Origin: Wigglesworthia glossinidia endosymbiont of Glossina morsitans morsitans (Yale colony)
Lineage (GTDB): Bacteria > Pseudomonadota > Gammaproteobacteria > Enterobacterales > Enterobacteriaceae
Direction of reading: 5' to 3'
DNA: 32,000 bases
Assembly (NCBI RefSeq): GCF_000247565.1
Contig: NC_016893.1
Location: 450,001-482,000 of the forward strand
This document shows positions 19,316-29,571 of the stretch, piece by piece (the stretch's first letter is position 1; every line of letters starts with the position of its first letter). Under the pieces are notes generated by a model. The model made no database searches. It saw only the letters and a program-made list of their open reading frames with translations, and was not told the DNA's origin. A program made the translations under genes and the position numbers.

Positions 19316-19387
19316 GGCGCGTTGGCAGAATGGTGTATGCAATGGATTGCAAATCCATTCATCTCGGTTCAATTCCGAGACGCGCCT
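19316..19387 (+). tRNA. cysT: tRNA-Cys (anticodon GCA)
   Basis: Acceptor GGCGCGT/ACGCGCC, anticodon loop TTGCAAA, T-loop TTCAATT. No encoded CCA. Confidence 0.96.
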
Positions 19388-19404
19388 AGGTAAGTATCTA
19401 TTTT

Positions 19405-19489
19405 GCCCAGGTGGTGAAATCGGTAGACACAAGGGACTTAAAATCCCTCGGCTTTTTTAGCTATGCGGGTTCGAGTCCCGCCTTGGGCA
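19405..19489 (+). tRNA. leuZ: tRNA-Leu (anticodon TAA), long variable arm
   Basis: GCCCAGG...CTTGGGC acceptor, AGGGACTTAAAATCCCT anticodon arm, class II variable arm, GGGTTCGAGTCCC T-arm. No encoded CCA. Confidence 0.96.
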
Positions 19490-19560
19490 AATGAAATAAA
19501 TGCTTTATTTTTTAAAATAAACATTTTAATAAGCTATACAGAAAAATATAAAAATTAGAG

Positions 19561-20139
19561 TTATATAATTTTTTTTCCACTCCATCTTTTTATAAGATTA
19601 TCTGCAATACTTAAATGAAATTGATCTAAAATTCTAATTACGGTATGATTTATAATATCATCAAGTGTTTTAGGATTATGATAAAATGCAGGAGTTGGAG
19701 GCATAATTATAGCTCCAATCTTAGATGCACGAAGCATAAGATCTAAGTGACCTGTATGTAAAGGAGTTTCTCTAACAGAGAGTACTAATTTTCTTTTTTC
19801 TTTTAATACAACATCTGCTGCGCGTATTAATAACGAATCATTATAGCTATTCACAATTCCAGATAAAGTTTTTATAGTACAAGGAATAATGATCATTCCA
19901 ATAGTTTTATACGATCCGGAACTAATATTAGCAGAAATATCGTGAATATTGTGTATAACATTCGCCATACTATTTATTTCTTTTAAGGAGTAATTGGTTT
20001 CTAAAAATAGTGTTTTTTTAGCCGATTTAGTAACAATTAAATGTATAGAAATTTTTTTTGTGATTTTTAAGATCTTTAATAAACGAATTCCATAAATAAT
20101 TCCACTTGCACCGCTAATACCAATAATTAAGTTTTGCAT
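19561..20139 (-). CDS. ubiX: Flavin prenyltransferase UbiX
   Basis: 192 aa. GISGASGIIYGIRLLKIL, IIPCTIKTLSGI, RKLVLSVRETPLHTGHLDLMLRASKIGAIIMPPTPAFYH. Confidence 0.96.
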   Translation of the reverse strand: MQNLIIGISGASGIIYGIRLLKILKITKKISIHLIVTKSAKKTLFLETNYSLKEINSMANVIHNIHDISANISSGSYKTIGMIIIPCTIKTLSGIVNSYNDSLLIRAADVVLKEKRKLVLSVRETPLHTGHLDLMLRASKIGAIIMPPTPAFYHNPKTLDDIINHTVIRILDQFHLSIADNLIKRWSGKKII

Positions 20140-20206
20140 ATTAAAGAAAAATAAATTTTAGTACCTTACTGTATCACATAAAAAATTATTAATCATTTCA
20201 TTCTTA

Positions 20207-21613
20207 TTAAGCAGGATAAATTCCATTAAATATCGATGATTCAAAATTTTTTATTTGAGGATTATATTTTTTTAATTTATTTTCTAAATCGCTTAAGTTT
20301 TGAAAAATCAAAGCATCTGCTCCAATTGCAATACGAATTTCATTTAGTGATTTTTGATATGCAATAAGTTCAGAAGAATTTGGAATATCAATTCCATAAA
20401 GATTGGGAAATCGAATTTCTGGTGCAGCGGATGCTAAATATACGTTAACAGCTCCTGCATCACGTGCCATTTCTACAATTTGCCGTGAAGTATTGCCTCG
20501 TACAATTGAATCGTCTACTAGTAATACTTTTTTTTTATAAAATTCAGCTTTATTTACATTAAATTTATAGCGTATTGATTTTTTTCTTATATTTGGATTA
20601 GATATGATAAATGTGCGACCTACATATCTATTTTTTACAAAACCTTGACGATACGGTTTTTTTAAGATTCTAGCAATTTCTAACGCAGTATCACATGATG
20701 TTTCTGGAATTGGAATAATAGCATCAATTGAAAGATTTTTCCATTCTTTAGATATTTTTTTTCCTAAAATTTGACCCATTTTTATTCTTGCAGTATACAC
20801 TGATATTTTATCAATAATCGAATCTGGTCTAGCAAAATAAACATATTCAAACAAACATGGACAATACTTAGATGATATAGAACACTGTTTTGTAATTAGT
20901 TGTCCAGAATAAGTTAAAAATATACCTTCTCCTGGAGCAACATCTCTTAAGTGTTTAAATCCTAATATGTCTAATGCAACACTTTCGGATGCAATAATAT
21001 ATTCAGTTTTATTATAATTTATTTTACGTTCTCCAATAACTAACGGACGAATTCCATTAGGATCTCTAAAAGCAAATAATCCATGTCCAATAATCATACC
21101 TACACAAGAATATGCGCCTTGGACTCTTTGATGAGTTTTAGAAATTGCAGAAAAAATGTTTTCAGATGTTATAGGGTAGTGTTGAAATTGATCTAGTTCG
21201 GAAGCAAAAATATTTAATAGTACTTCTGAATCAGATGCAGTATTCATGTGACGTCGTTGCGTTTCAAATAGTTGTTTTCTTAAGCTATTTGTATTTACTA
21301 AATTTCCATTATGTGCAAGAGTAATGCCAAATGGTGAGTTTACGTAAAATGGCTGAACTTCGTATATGCTATTTTCTCCTGAAGTAGGATAACGTACATG
21401 ACCAATTCCCATATTACCTTTTAATCGATTAAGATCATTTACATTAAATACATCTCTTACTAAGCCACTAGATTTATGTATACGAAAAAAGTTATGTTGA
21501 TCCATAGTAGTAATGCCCGCTGAATCTTGTCCTCGATGTTGTAACACCGTTAAAGCATCGTATATAGATTGAGCAATTGCATGATTTCCTACAATTCCAA
21601 CAACACCGCACAT
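20207..21613 (-). CDS. purF: Amidophosphoribosyltransferase
   Basis: 468 aa. N-terminal nucleophile Cys [25 protein letters not shown] motif [18 protein letters not shown]. The C-terminus is somewhat shorter than E. coli. Confidence 0.97.
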   Translation of the reverse strand: MCGVVGIVGNHAIAQSIYDALTVLQHRGQDSAGITTMDQHNFFRIHKSSGLVRDVFNVNDLNRLKGNMGIGHVRYPTSGENSIYEVQPFYVNSPFGITLAHNGNLVNTNSLRKQLFETQRRHMNTASDSEVLLNIFASELDQFQHYPITSENIFSAISKTHQRVQGAYSCVGMIIGHGLFAFRDPNGIRPLVIGERKINYNKTEYIIASESVALDILGFKHLRDVAPGEGIFLTYSGQLITKQCSISSKYCPCLFEYVYFARPDSIIDKISVYTARIKMGQILGKKISKEWKNLSIDAIIPIPETSCDTALEIARILKKPYRQGFVKNRYVGRTFIISNPNIRKKSIRYKFNVNKAEFYKKKVLLVDDSIVRGNTSRQIVEMARDAGAVNVYLASAAPEIRFPNLYGIDIPNSSELIAYQKSLNEIRIAIGADALIFQNLSDLENKLKKYNPQIKNFESSIFNGIYPA

Positions 21614-21645
21614 AATAGTTATTTCCTTCTAAAAAATAATTTACA

Positions 21646-22134
21646 TTAAATGTTCTTTATAAAATTTATATATTTACTTAAAATTTTTATAAACCATATA
21701 GTTGTGTAGTTAAAATAAGGAAGCAATTTCGAGTTAGTCCAATACATACTTTCTGTACATTTTGTGAACGTTTTTAAAAAAAATATAAGTATTGATATTA
21801 TCAAAATACCACGAAATGTTCCAAAACAAACTCCTAAAAATTTGTTTAAATCAGATAATCCAAATTGATTAATAAAATTGTTTAAATAATGATTAATTAT
21901 TGATCCTATTATTAATATAAATAAAAATATTAAAAATATAGAAGATATATTTCTAATAAATTTTTCTTCAAAAAAAACAAAAATGTTAGATAATATATCA
22001 TAATAACGACTCGATAATATAATTGCCGTTATCCATATGATTAAGGAAAATATTTCGCTGACAAATCCTCTGATAAAACTAATCAAAGCAGAAAATATAA
22101 TAATGCTAGCGATCAAGTAATCGGTAGCAATCAT
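21646..22134 (-). CDS. cvpA: Colicin V production protein homologue CvpA
   Basis: 162 aa multi-span membrane protein. FIRGFVSEIFSLIIWITA and FRG motifs. Located directly upstream of purF as in E. coli. Confidence 0.88.
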   Translation of the reverse strand: MIATDYLIASIIIFSALISFIRGFVSEIFSLIIWITAIILSSRYYDILSNIFVFFEEKFIRNISSIFLIFLFILIIGSIINHYLNNFINQFGLSDLNKFLGVCFGTFRGILIISILIFFLKTFTKCTESMYWTNSKLLPYFNYTTIWFIKILSKYINFIKNI

Positions 22135-22265
22135 GTTTGAATTCCTTTTTTAATAAAAGTTAAATTATAAAAATTTATATTTAATATAAAAAATTTTTTT
22201 TATTCGATATTTTTAAATAAAATTTAATTAACTGTATCTAATTTTTTCAGATTGTAATGTTTTAC

Positions 22266-23522
22266 TTATTTTATTTTTAAAATAGATGCTACGGTATGAA
22301 ATGATCCAAAAATTAATATACAATCGCTTTTTTTTGCTTTTTTAATTGCGTTTTTCCAAGCATTTTGCACAGTATCAAATTTTTTTATTTCACTTTTTTT
22401 ATTATCTAAATGCGTTACTATTTCTTCATGACTAGCTCCTCTAGAAAATTCTAGCAAAGAAACACAGTACCATATATTAACAATACTTAAAAAGTGTTTT
22501 AATGTATTTTTAATGTCTTTATCACGTAACATACCTATAATGACATATAGAAATCTAATATTTTTTTTAATTTTTTTTATTTTCTTTGATAAAAAATAAG
22601 CCGCATGAGGATTATGCGCTACATCTAAAATAATTAAAGGTTTTTTATTGATAATCTGAAATCTTCCAATTAATTTAGTTTGCAATCCTTGCAGTATTGA
22701 ACGAGGTGATACGTAATATGGCAAAGATTGAATAACGGCTAATGCGGTAGCTGCATTTCGCACTGAAAGATTAGGATAGGGAAGATTTATAGAATAATCT
22801 TGATTACTCCATATCCAAAATTTAGGATTTTTTTTGTAAAACCAATGAGTATTTAAAAAGTATGGTATTGATTTATGATATTCTACAGATTTTTTTAATT
22901 CTAATGCATTTTGAATATCTCCAAAAATTGCTATTTTTCCGGTACGAAAAATTCCAGATTTTTCTTTTGCTATTTGCATGCATGTATTACCCAAAATTTG
23001 GGTGTGTTCTAATGCAATATTAGTAATTACTGAAATATCAGAATGAACAATATTAGTAGCATCTAATATTCCTCCTAATCCTACCTCTAGAATAACGACA
23101 TCTAGTTTTAAATATTTAAAAATTGATAAAGCAACTAATGTGGTAAATTCAAAATAACTAATAGATATTTTTTTTCTTGCTTTATTGATATAAGATATTG
23201 CTGAAATGCATATTTCATCTGAAATTGGTATACCTTGTACACGAATACGTTCGTTATACTTTATAAAATGAGGTGAACTATATACTCCAACAGTTTTTTT
23301 GCTATATAAAATAATAGTTTCTATTAGACGACACGTACTACCTTTTCCGTTAGTTCCTCCAACAATAATAACAACTGGTGCTGGTTTTAACAAACCTAAA
23401 TTGGAGGCAATATGATATATTCCATCTAGTCTTAAATCGATATCTTTATGATGTATATTTTCGATATGTTTTATCCAATCTGAAATTTTAGAATAATTAT
23501 TCGGTATAAATACATGTTTCAT
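22266..23522 (-). CDS. folC: Bifunctional folylpolyglutamate/dihydrofolate synthase
   Basis: 418 aa. VGGTNGKGSTCRLIETI, VYSSPHFIKYNERIRVQG, ILEVGLGGILDATNIV and LDVAHNPHAA. Confidence 0.96.
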   Translation of the reverse strand: MKHVFIPNNYSKISDWIKHIENIHHKDIDLRLDGIYHIASNLGLLKPAPVVIIVGGTNGKGSTCRLIETIILYSKKTVGVYSSPHFIKYNERIRVQGIPISDEICISAISYINKARKKISISYFEFTTLVALSIFKYLKLDVVILEVGLGGILDATNIVHSDISVITNIALEHTQILGNTCMQIAKEKSGIFRTGKIAIFGDIQNALELKKSVEYHKSIPYFLNTHWFYKKNPKFWIWSNQDYSINLPYPNLSVRNAATALAVIQSLPYYVSPRSILQGLQTKLIGRFQIINKKPLIILDVAHNPHAAYFLSKKIKKIKKNIRFLYVIIGMLRDKDIKNTLKHFLSIVNIWYCVSLLEFSRGASHEEIVTHLDNKKSEIKKFDTVQNAWKNAIKKAKKSDCILIFGSFHTVASILKIK

Positions 23523-23553
23523 AATTTGTTATATAAAAATATTTCGTATTCAA

Positions 23554-24417
23554 TTAAGAATTAGTATCTGGTTCCGGTTGATTAGTAATTTTTGCTAATA
23601 TTTTTGCAAGTGATTTACGCATTTTAGGTCTTCTAATAATTAAATCAATGGCACCTTTTTGAATTAAAAATTCACTTTTTTGAAATCCAGATGGTAGCTT
23701 TTCTCGTACAGTTTGTGCAATTACACGAGGACCAGCAAATCCTATTAAAGCTTTTGGTTCTGCAATATTTAGGTCTCCTAGCATGGCGATGCTTGCAGAG
23801 ACTCCGCCCATGCTCGGATCAGTCAGTACGGATATATACGGAATTTTATACTGTTTTAATTTTCCTAAAGCTGCGCTAGTCTTTGCCATTTGCATAAGAG
23901 AAATTAAAGCTTCTTGTATACGAGCACCTCCACTAGCAGAAAAACATATCATAGGACAATTTTTTTTTATTGCTTGATTTATTCCTTGTACAAAACGAGC
24001 ACCTACGATAGAAGACATAGAACCTCCTATGAAAGAAAATTCAAATGCCGCAGCGATTACTGGCATATTGTACAAAGTACCTTCCATTACTATTATTGCT
24101 TCTTTTTCTTGTGTGATTTTTTGTGCAGAATTTAATCGATCTTTATATTTTTTTGTATCTTTAAATTTTAAAATGTCTTTTGGTTCTAGTTCTTTACCAA
24201 TTTCATAAATGTTATTTTGATCTAAAAAGTTCTTTAATCTTTTTCTTGCTGGTATTCGCATATGAAAATCGCATTTTGGACATACTTCTAAATTGCGTTC
24301 TAATTCTAATCGGTATAGCATTTGATTACAGTTAGAACATTTTGTCCATAACCCTTCTGGAATATTAGTTTTTTTTGTAATAGTATGTTTTTTTAAAATA
24401 CGTTCAATCCAGCTCAT
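23554..24417 (-). CDS. accD: Acetyl-CoA carboxylase carboxyltransferase beta subunit
   Basis: 287 aa. Zinc ribbon CSNCNQMLY...[38 protein letters not shown] and [12 protein letters not shown]. Confidence 0.97.
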   Translation of the reverse strand: MSWIERILKKHTITKKTNIPEGLWTKCSNCNQMLYRLELERNLEVCPKCDFHMRIPARKRLKNFLDQNNIYEIGKELEPKDILKFKDTKKYKDRLNSAQKITQEKEAIIVMEGTLYNMPVIAAAFEFSFIGGSMSSIVGARFVQGINQAIKKNCPMICFSASGGARIQEALISLMQMAKTSAALGKLKQYKIPYISVLTDPSMGGVSASIAMLGDLNIAEPKALIGFAGPRVIAQTVREKLPSGFQKSEFLIQKGAIDLIIRRPKMRKSLAKILAKITNQPEPDTNS

Positions 24418-24529
24418 ATAAAATTGTATAGTTATGTAAAATACGTTTAGTACAAAATTTTGTATTATTTAATATTATTAATTTGTTTTAATTAATATAT
24501 ATTGTCTACGAGTTTTCTAATAAGATAAC

Positions 24530-25342
24530 TTAATTAATAAATTTTTTAAATAAAAATTGGTTAAAAAAAGATATTTTCATATTTATATGAGGAATTTTAA
24601 AAAATTTTGGGTAACATACTTCAGCAAGATATAAGCCGTTTGGAGAAGCAGTGGGTCCGGCAAGTTTCCTATCTTTTAAAATTAATAATTCAGAAATCCA
24701 AAATTCAGATTTTTCACCTTTTCCAATTTGGATTAAAGTACCTACTATATTTCTTACCATATGATGTACAAATGAATTAGCACAAATATCAATATAAATA
24801 TATTTTCCATATTTAAAAATTTTAATATTATGTATAATACGATAAGCGGTCTTTGATTGACAGTTTTTACTTCTAAAAGAAGTGAAATCGTGTTTTCCTA
24901 TTAGTTTGTTTGCCGATTTTTGCATTTTTTTTACATTTAAAGAAAAAAATACTGTAGCGCAGTATTCTTGAAAGATACCAGGACGTACAATATGATTGTA
25001 TATTACATATACGTATCTTCTAGAAGTTGCACTATATCGTGCATGAAAATTTTTTTTAACTGGAATTATCCATATAACTGCAATATCATATGGTAAATAT
25101 GTGTTGACTCCTAGCATCCATTGACGATTAGAACGTATTATATGCGTAGAAAAATGTATTATTTGACAAATAGCGTGAACTTTAGCATCTGTTCTTCCAG
25201 AACAATATGTTGTAATTTTAGATCCAGAAAATTTGGTTAAAGCATTTTCGATTTCTATTTGAATAGAGGCAGATTTTTTTTGTATTTGCCATCCACAATA
25301 TTTGTTTCCGTTATACTGCACACAAGCAGCAAATTTTTGCAT
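24530..25342 (-). CDS. truA: tRNA pseudouridine(38-40) synthase
   Basis: 270 aa. QYNGNKYCGWQIQ, catalytic-Asp region SGRTDAKVHA, HHMVRNIVGTLIQIG and AGPTASPNGLYL. Confidence 0.95.
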   Translation of the reverse strand: MQKFAACVQYNGNKYCGWQIQKKSASIQIEIENALTKFSGSKITTYCSGRTDAKVHAICQIIHFSTHIIRSNRQWMLGVNTYLPYDIAVIWIIPVKKNFHARYSATSRRYVYVIYNHIVRPGIFQEYCATVFFSLNVKKMQKSANKLIGKHDFTSFRSKNCQSKTAYRIIHNIKIFKYGKYIYIDICANSFVHHMVRNIVGTLIQIGKGEKSEFWISELLILKDRKLAGPTASPNGLYLAEVCYPKFFKIPHINMKISFFNQFLFKKFIN

Positions 25343-25443
25343 AATTTTAAATATTTAATTTTGATTTTTTATAAAAATATAAATTTTTTAAATAATGTTT
25401 TATTTTTATGTAAAAAATTGTTGAAATTTAAAATATTTATTAT

Positions 25444-26589
25444 TTATTTTTTGTTATATATAGCATTAAATCCTATTTTTTTTAAAATTTGTGAAAAATA
25501 TGCGTTATCCACTTTTACATTTATAGATGACCATTCTCGACGATTTCGATAAGAAGATCGTAAATTATCAAAGTTATTTTTTTTATGAATATAGTTTTTC
25601 AATTGATTATCATCGTATAAAATATTATTAGTTAAAAGAGTTAATAAATAAATTTTTGATTGACTACATTTTCCTGATAAAGATATACGATTTATATCGG
25701 ATTTATAAAAAAAATCTAAAATTGAATTTAATGATTTTAATTGTATTTTTTTTCCTAAAAATTTACATAATTTATTAAATATTGTAATTACTCCTCTAAT
25801 TTTTCCTTCAATACTATGTCCTGCAATATGTGGAGTACCTATATCAACACGAGACAACAAGTCCAAGCAAATTTTTGGTTCATTTTCCCAAACGTCTAAT
25901 ACAACTTTAATTGGTTTGCCCAAACGCATAATATTGAGCAATGCTAAATTATCTACAACAGCACCGCGAGAAGTATTAATTAGTATACAATTATCTGGTA
26001 ATTTTAATAAAATTTTCTCATTAATTAAATGTTTTGTAGGATATAGTCCGTGTGTAGTTAAAGGAACATGTAATGTTAAGATATCTGCATTTTGTATAAG
26101 TGTGTCTAGAGGAGTCCAAGTATTGTAATCAAAAATTTTTTTTACAAATGGATCATATAATAATGTTTTAATTCCAAGAGCATTTAATTTTTTACTTAAA
26201 CATTTTCCAATGTTACCTACTCCGATAATTCCTACTGTTTTTTTAATTAACAAAAATTTATCGCGTATAGACAAATGTAGTAAACATGATAGCACATATT
26301 CTGCTACCGCAATAGAATTGCATCCAGGAGAAAAATGAAAATGTATTTGTTTTTTTTTCAACCACATAAGATCAACATGATCAATTCCAGAAGTAACACT
26401 ACCAATAAATTTGATTTTAGTATTGTTTAATAATTGTTTATTAATAGTTGTCGTAGATTTGATAATTAAGATATCAATATCTTTTAATTTTGATTTGATT
26501 ATTTTGCGTCCATGCATTAATTGAATAATACCTAACTGTTTAAACCAACTTAAAAAAAAAGAAAGATTTTCATCTATTAAAATATTCAT
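25444..26589 (-). CDS. pdxB: Erythronate-4-phosphate dehydrogenase
   Basis: 381 aa. SVTSGIDHVD, GCNSIAVAEYVLS, VGIIGVGNIGKCL, INTSRGAVVDN and GTPHIAGHSIEGKIRG. Confidence 0.95.
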   Translation of the reverse strand: MNILIDENLSFFLSWFKQLGIIQLMHGRKIIKSKLKDIDILIIKSTTTINKQLLNNTKIKFIGSVTSGIDHVDLMWLKKKQIHFHFSPGCNSIAVAEYVLSCLLHLSIRDKFLLIKKTVGIIGVGNIGKCLSKKLNALGIKTLLYDPFVKKIFDYNTWTPLDTLIQNADILTLHVPLTTHGLYPTKHLINEKILLKLPDNCILINTSRGAVVDNLALLNIMRLGKPIKVVLDVWENEPKICLDLLSRVDIGTPHIAGHSIEGKIRGVITIFNKLCKFLGKKIQLKSLNSILDFFYKSDINRISLSGKCSQSKIYLLTLLTNNILYDDNQLKNYIHKKNNFDNLRSSYRNRREWSSINVKVDNAYFSQILKKIGFNAIYNKK

Positions 26590-26774
26590 ATTTTATGAAA
26601 TAAGTAATAAAGTTCGGTTATATTGTTTAATATTATATGAATTAATTAAATTATATTAAAATTTATTAGTTTATTGCATATTACATAATTTTTATTAAAA
26701 GTAAATATTATTGCATGTAAATTAGTAGAAGTATTTTACTTTTATATAATTTAAAAAAATATTGTAATTTTTAC

Positions 26775-27514
26775 TTATTTTTTTGTTAATATAGACATGG
26801 GATCAATACTTTTACCTCGATATCGTATTTCGAAATACAATTTTGTTTCATTTGAATTAGATTTTCCCATGGTAGCTATTTTTTGACCAGATTTTATTTT
26901 TTGTTTTTTACTTACTAGTATAGTATTATTATGTGCATATATACTTAAATAATTATTTTTGTGTTTTAAAATAATTAAGTTTCCATAACCTTTAATATTA
27001 TTTCCAACGTATACTACTTGGCCTTCGTGAGCAGCTAAAATGGGCTGATTATATTTTCCGAATATTTCTAATTTTTTACGTGAAGAATGGATCGTTATTT
27101 TCCCTTTAGAAGGCCAAATCCAAAACTTTGATTTATATATAATATCATTTTTTTTTCTGATATTTTTTCTTGTTTTTTTTTGAGTTTTTAATTTTTTTTG
27201 TACGATAAATTCGTTCATTAAGTTTTTTAATGTATATACACGATCGGAATGAACTTTAAAATGAAAAAAATCTTTTTTATGAATTGTTAAGTGAGAAAAA
27301 TAATTTTGAATTTTTACTTCAAAATCAAGAAAAAATTTTTTTTTGTATATATTGACTTTTTATCACTTGTTTTTTCATTAGTATTGTTTAAATTAAAAAA
27401 ATCATATTTAAAACATGTATTTTTTATTAAATCATAATAAGAACTAAATACTGGTTTAATATAAAAATTAATATGTAATAATACAATTAATAGAAATTTA
27501 TAACTCATAATCAT
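26775..27514 (-). pseudogene. nlpD: NlpD-like LytM/M23-domain protein, apparently split by a frameshift near 27331-27345. Two ORFs: N-terminal signal-peptide-bearing 27314..27514, and LytM domain 26775..27218 whose frame is open from about 27350.
   Basis: The LytM part (WIWPSKGKITI..., ILAAHEGQVVYVGNNIKGYGNLIILKHKNNYLSIYAHNNTILVSKKQKIKSGQKIATMG...LYFEIRYRGKSIDP) matches NlpD closely. Position next to surE is as in E. coli. The frame upstream of the listed Met stays open until an A9T6 run where the N-terminal ORF can be joined. Confidence 0.72.
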
Positions 27515-27646
27515 TATATCTTTTACGATTTAAAATATAAAAATTTGGAAATTTAAAAAAAGTATTAATTTACAAATTTTTGTAAAAATTTATATTAAAA
27601 TTACTTTTATTTTAAAAAAAATTATATTGTACAAATATTTATTTTC

Positions 27647-28399
27647 TTATGTATACATTTCAAACCATTTAAAAATTGGATCTATTGCTTCATGATACGT
27701 TAAATTTAAAGATAATGGGGTTACCGAAATGTAACCATGCTTAATAGCGTAAAAATCAGTATCAGAACGATCTTCATAGTTCTTTAAATTTGCACCTATC
27801 CAAAAAATTTTATTATTTTTCGGATCTTTTTTTTGTATTATTTTATGTTTTGTATAATGTCGACCAAGTTTAGTAACTTTAAAACCTTTAATTTTTTTTA
27901 AAGGAAGGTCTGGTATATTAATATTTAATATATATTTTTTTTTAAGTGGATTTTTAGCAATAGCATTTAATAATTTACATGTTATTTTAATGGCAGTACA
28001 TAGATAGCGCTTACCAGTTAAAGATATTGCAAAAGAAGAATACTTTAGATCTCTGCCTTCAAAAGCAGCTGCGATAGTACCAGAGTAAAAAACATCATCG
28101 CCTAAATTTGATCCTAAGTTAATTCCAGAAATAACAAAATCCGGTTTAGGTTGCATAAAAAAATTAACGCCTAAGTATACACAGTCTGCTGGAGTACCTG
28201 AAATTACAGTAATATCTCCATTAGAAAAACGATGAATACGTAATGGTTGATTAATAGTTAGAGCATGTGAAGATCCGCTACGATCGTAATTTGGAGCAAT
28301 TACTTGCAGATTAAAAGAACTTTTTAGTTTTTTCGCTAATTTTTGCAATCCAGGCGAATAAATTCCGTCATCATTGCTTAATAATAAGTTCATTTTCAT
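27647..28399 (-). CDS. surE: 5'/3'-nucleotidase SurE
   Basis: 250 aa. LLSNDDGIYSPGLQKLAKKL, VIAPNYDRSGSSHALT, GTPADCVYLG and SGINLGSNLGDDVFYSGTIAAAFEG. Confidence 0.97.
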   Translation of the reverse strand: MKMNLLLSNDDGIYSPGLQKLAKKLKSSFNLQVIAPNYDRSGSSHALTINQPLRIHRFSNGDITVISGTPADCVYLGVNFFMQPKPDFVISGINLGSNLGDDVFYSGTIAAAFEGRDLKYSSFAISLTGKRYLCTAIKITCKLLNAIAKNPLKKKYILNINIPDLPLKKIKGFKVTKLGRHYTKHKIIQKKDPKNNKIFWIGANLKNYEDRSDTDFYAIKHGYISVTPLSLNLTYHEAIDPIFKWFEMYT

Positions 28400-28441
28400 G
28401 AAAACTTTTAAAGTTTATTTTAATTTTAAAATATTTATTAT

Positions 28442-29512
28442 TTATAATACATTTACTACGTTGAGTTGATAAAATATTTTTTCTAATTTTTTAATCATAG
28501 AAATTTGTGCACATCTTAGCCAATTTCTAGGATCATAAAATTTTTTGTTTGGACAATCTTTCCCTTCTGGATTACCGAGTTGGGATTGTAAATAATTTTT
28601 ATTTTTTTTGTAAAAGTTTAATATTCCTTTCCAAGTAGCCCATTGAGTATCTGTATCGATATTTATTTTTACTACTCCATATTTAATTGCAAGTTGAATA
28701 TCTGCAATACTTGATCCTGATCCACCATGAAATACAAAATTCAACGGATATTTATTTAAACCAAATTTTTTAGAAACATATTGTTGAGATAATTTTAAAA
28801 TCTTTGGTTTTAATTTAATATTTCCAAAACGATATACTCCGTGACAATTGCCAAAAGATGCAGCAATAATAAAATTAGATCCAATTTTTTTTAAATTTTC
28901 ATACGCGTATTTTACATCTTCGGGTTTAGTATATAACTTGGAATGATGTAAATTTTGATTGTTTATTCCATCTTCTTCTCCTCCTGTACATCCTAATTCA
29001 ATTTCAAGCATCATATTTAATTCACGCATTTTTTTTAAATATTGACTGCTAATTTTAATATTTTCTTTTAAAGGTTCCAAAGATAAATCGATCATATGTG
29101 ATGAAAATAAAGGTTTTCCGGTATTTTTAAAATTTTTTTCTCCTGCTATTATTAGAGAATCTATCCACGGTAACATTGCTTTAGAACAATGATCTGTATG
29201 CAATATTACTGGAATATTATAATGTTTTGCAATATTATGTACATGCAATGCTCCTGATATTGCGCCTAATATTGATCCTTGTTTAGAATTCATTTGTTTT
29301 CCTGCAATAAAAGATGCTCCACTATAAGAAAATTGAATAATCACGGGAGAACGTAATTTAGAAGCAACTTCTAAGGATGCATTAATTGAATCTGTCCCGA
29401 TACAGTTTATTGCAGGTATAGCAAAACCTTGTGTTTTTGCAATAGTGAATAGTTGTTTTATTTTATCTCCGAATATTACTCCGGATCCAATTAATTTTAA
29501 AATATTTGGCAT
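28442..29512 (-). CDS. fbaA: Fructose-bisphosphate aldolase, class II
   Basis: 356 aa. PAINCIGTDSINASLEVA, VILHTDHC, MMLEIELGCTGGEEDG and FHGGSGSS. Confidence 0.97.
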   Translation of the reverse strand: MPNILKLIGSGVIFGDKIKQLFTIAKTQGFAIPAINCIGTDSINASLEVASKLRSPVIIQFSYSGASFIAGKQMNSKQGSILGAISGALHVHNIAKHYNIPVILHTDHCSKAMLPWIDSLIIAGEKNFKNTGKPLFSSHMIDLSLEPLKENIKISSQYLKKMRELNMMLEIELGCTGGEEDGINNQNLHHSKLYTKPEDVKYAYENLKKIGSNFIIAASFGNCHGVYRFGNIKLKPKILKLSQQYVSKKFGLNKYPLNFVFHGGSGSSIADIQLAIKYGVVKINIDTDTQWATWKGILNFYKKNKNYLQSQLGNPEGKDCPNKKFYDPRNWLRCAQISMIKKLEKIFYQLNVVNVL

Positions 29513-29571
29513 AAAAATTTAAGCTCTTTAAATAAAATTAGTTAAATAAAAGATGTATATGAAATTGTATA

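Noticed and set aside
19204-19389. 61-aa plus-strand ORF (MCIIKLAEVAQRKSITLPRLRSRVQISSS...)
   Set aside because: It is a conceptual translation running through the tRNA-Gly and tRNA-Cys genes. VAQ/RSRVQISSS-type peptides are a typical artefact of reading tRNA sequence.
23691-24135. Three overlapping plus-strand ORFs (23691-23879, 23783-23977, 23914-24135)
   Set aside because: All are antisense to the conserved carboxyltransferase core of accD.
25259-25552. 97-aa plus-strand ORF bridging truA and pdxB
   Set aside because: It is antisense to both gene ends and crosses an AT-rich spacer. The composition is Phe/Leu/Ile-rich, as expected for translated A/T sequence. 25916-26128 and 30050-30259 are likewise antisense to pdxB and pgk.
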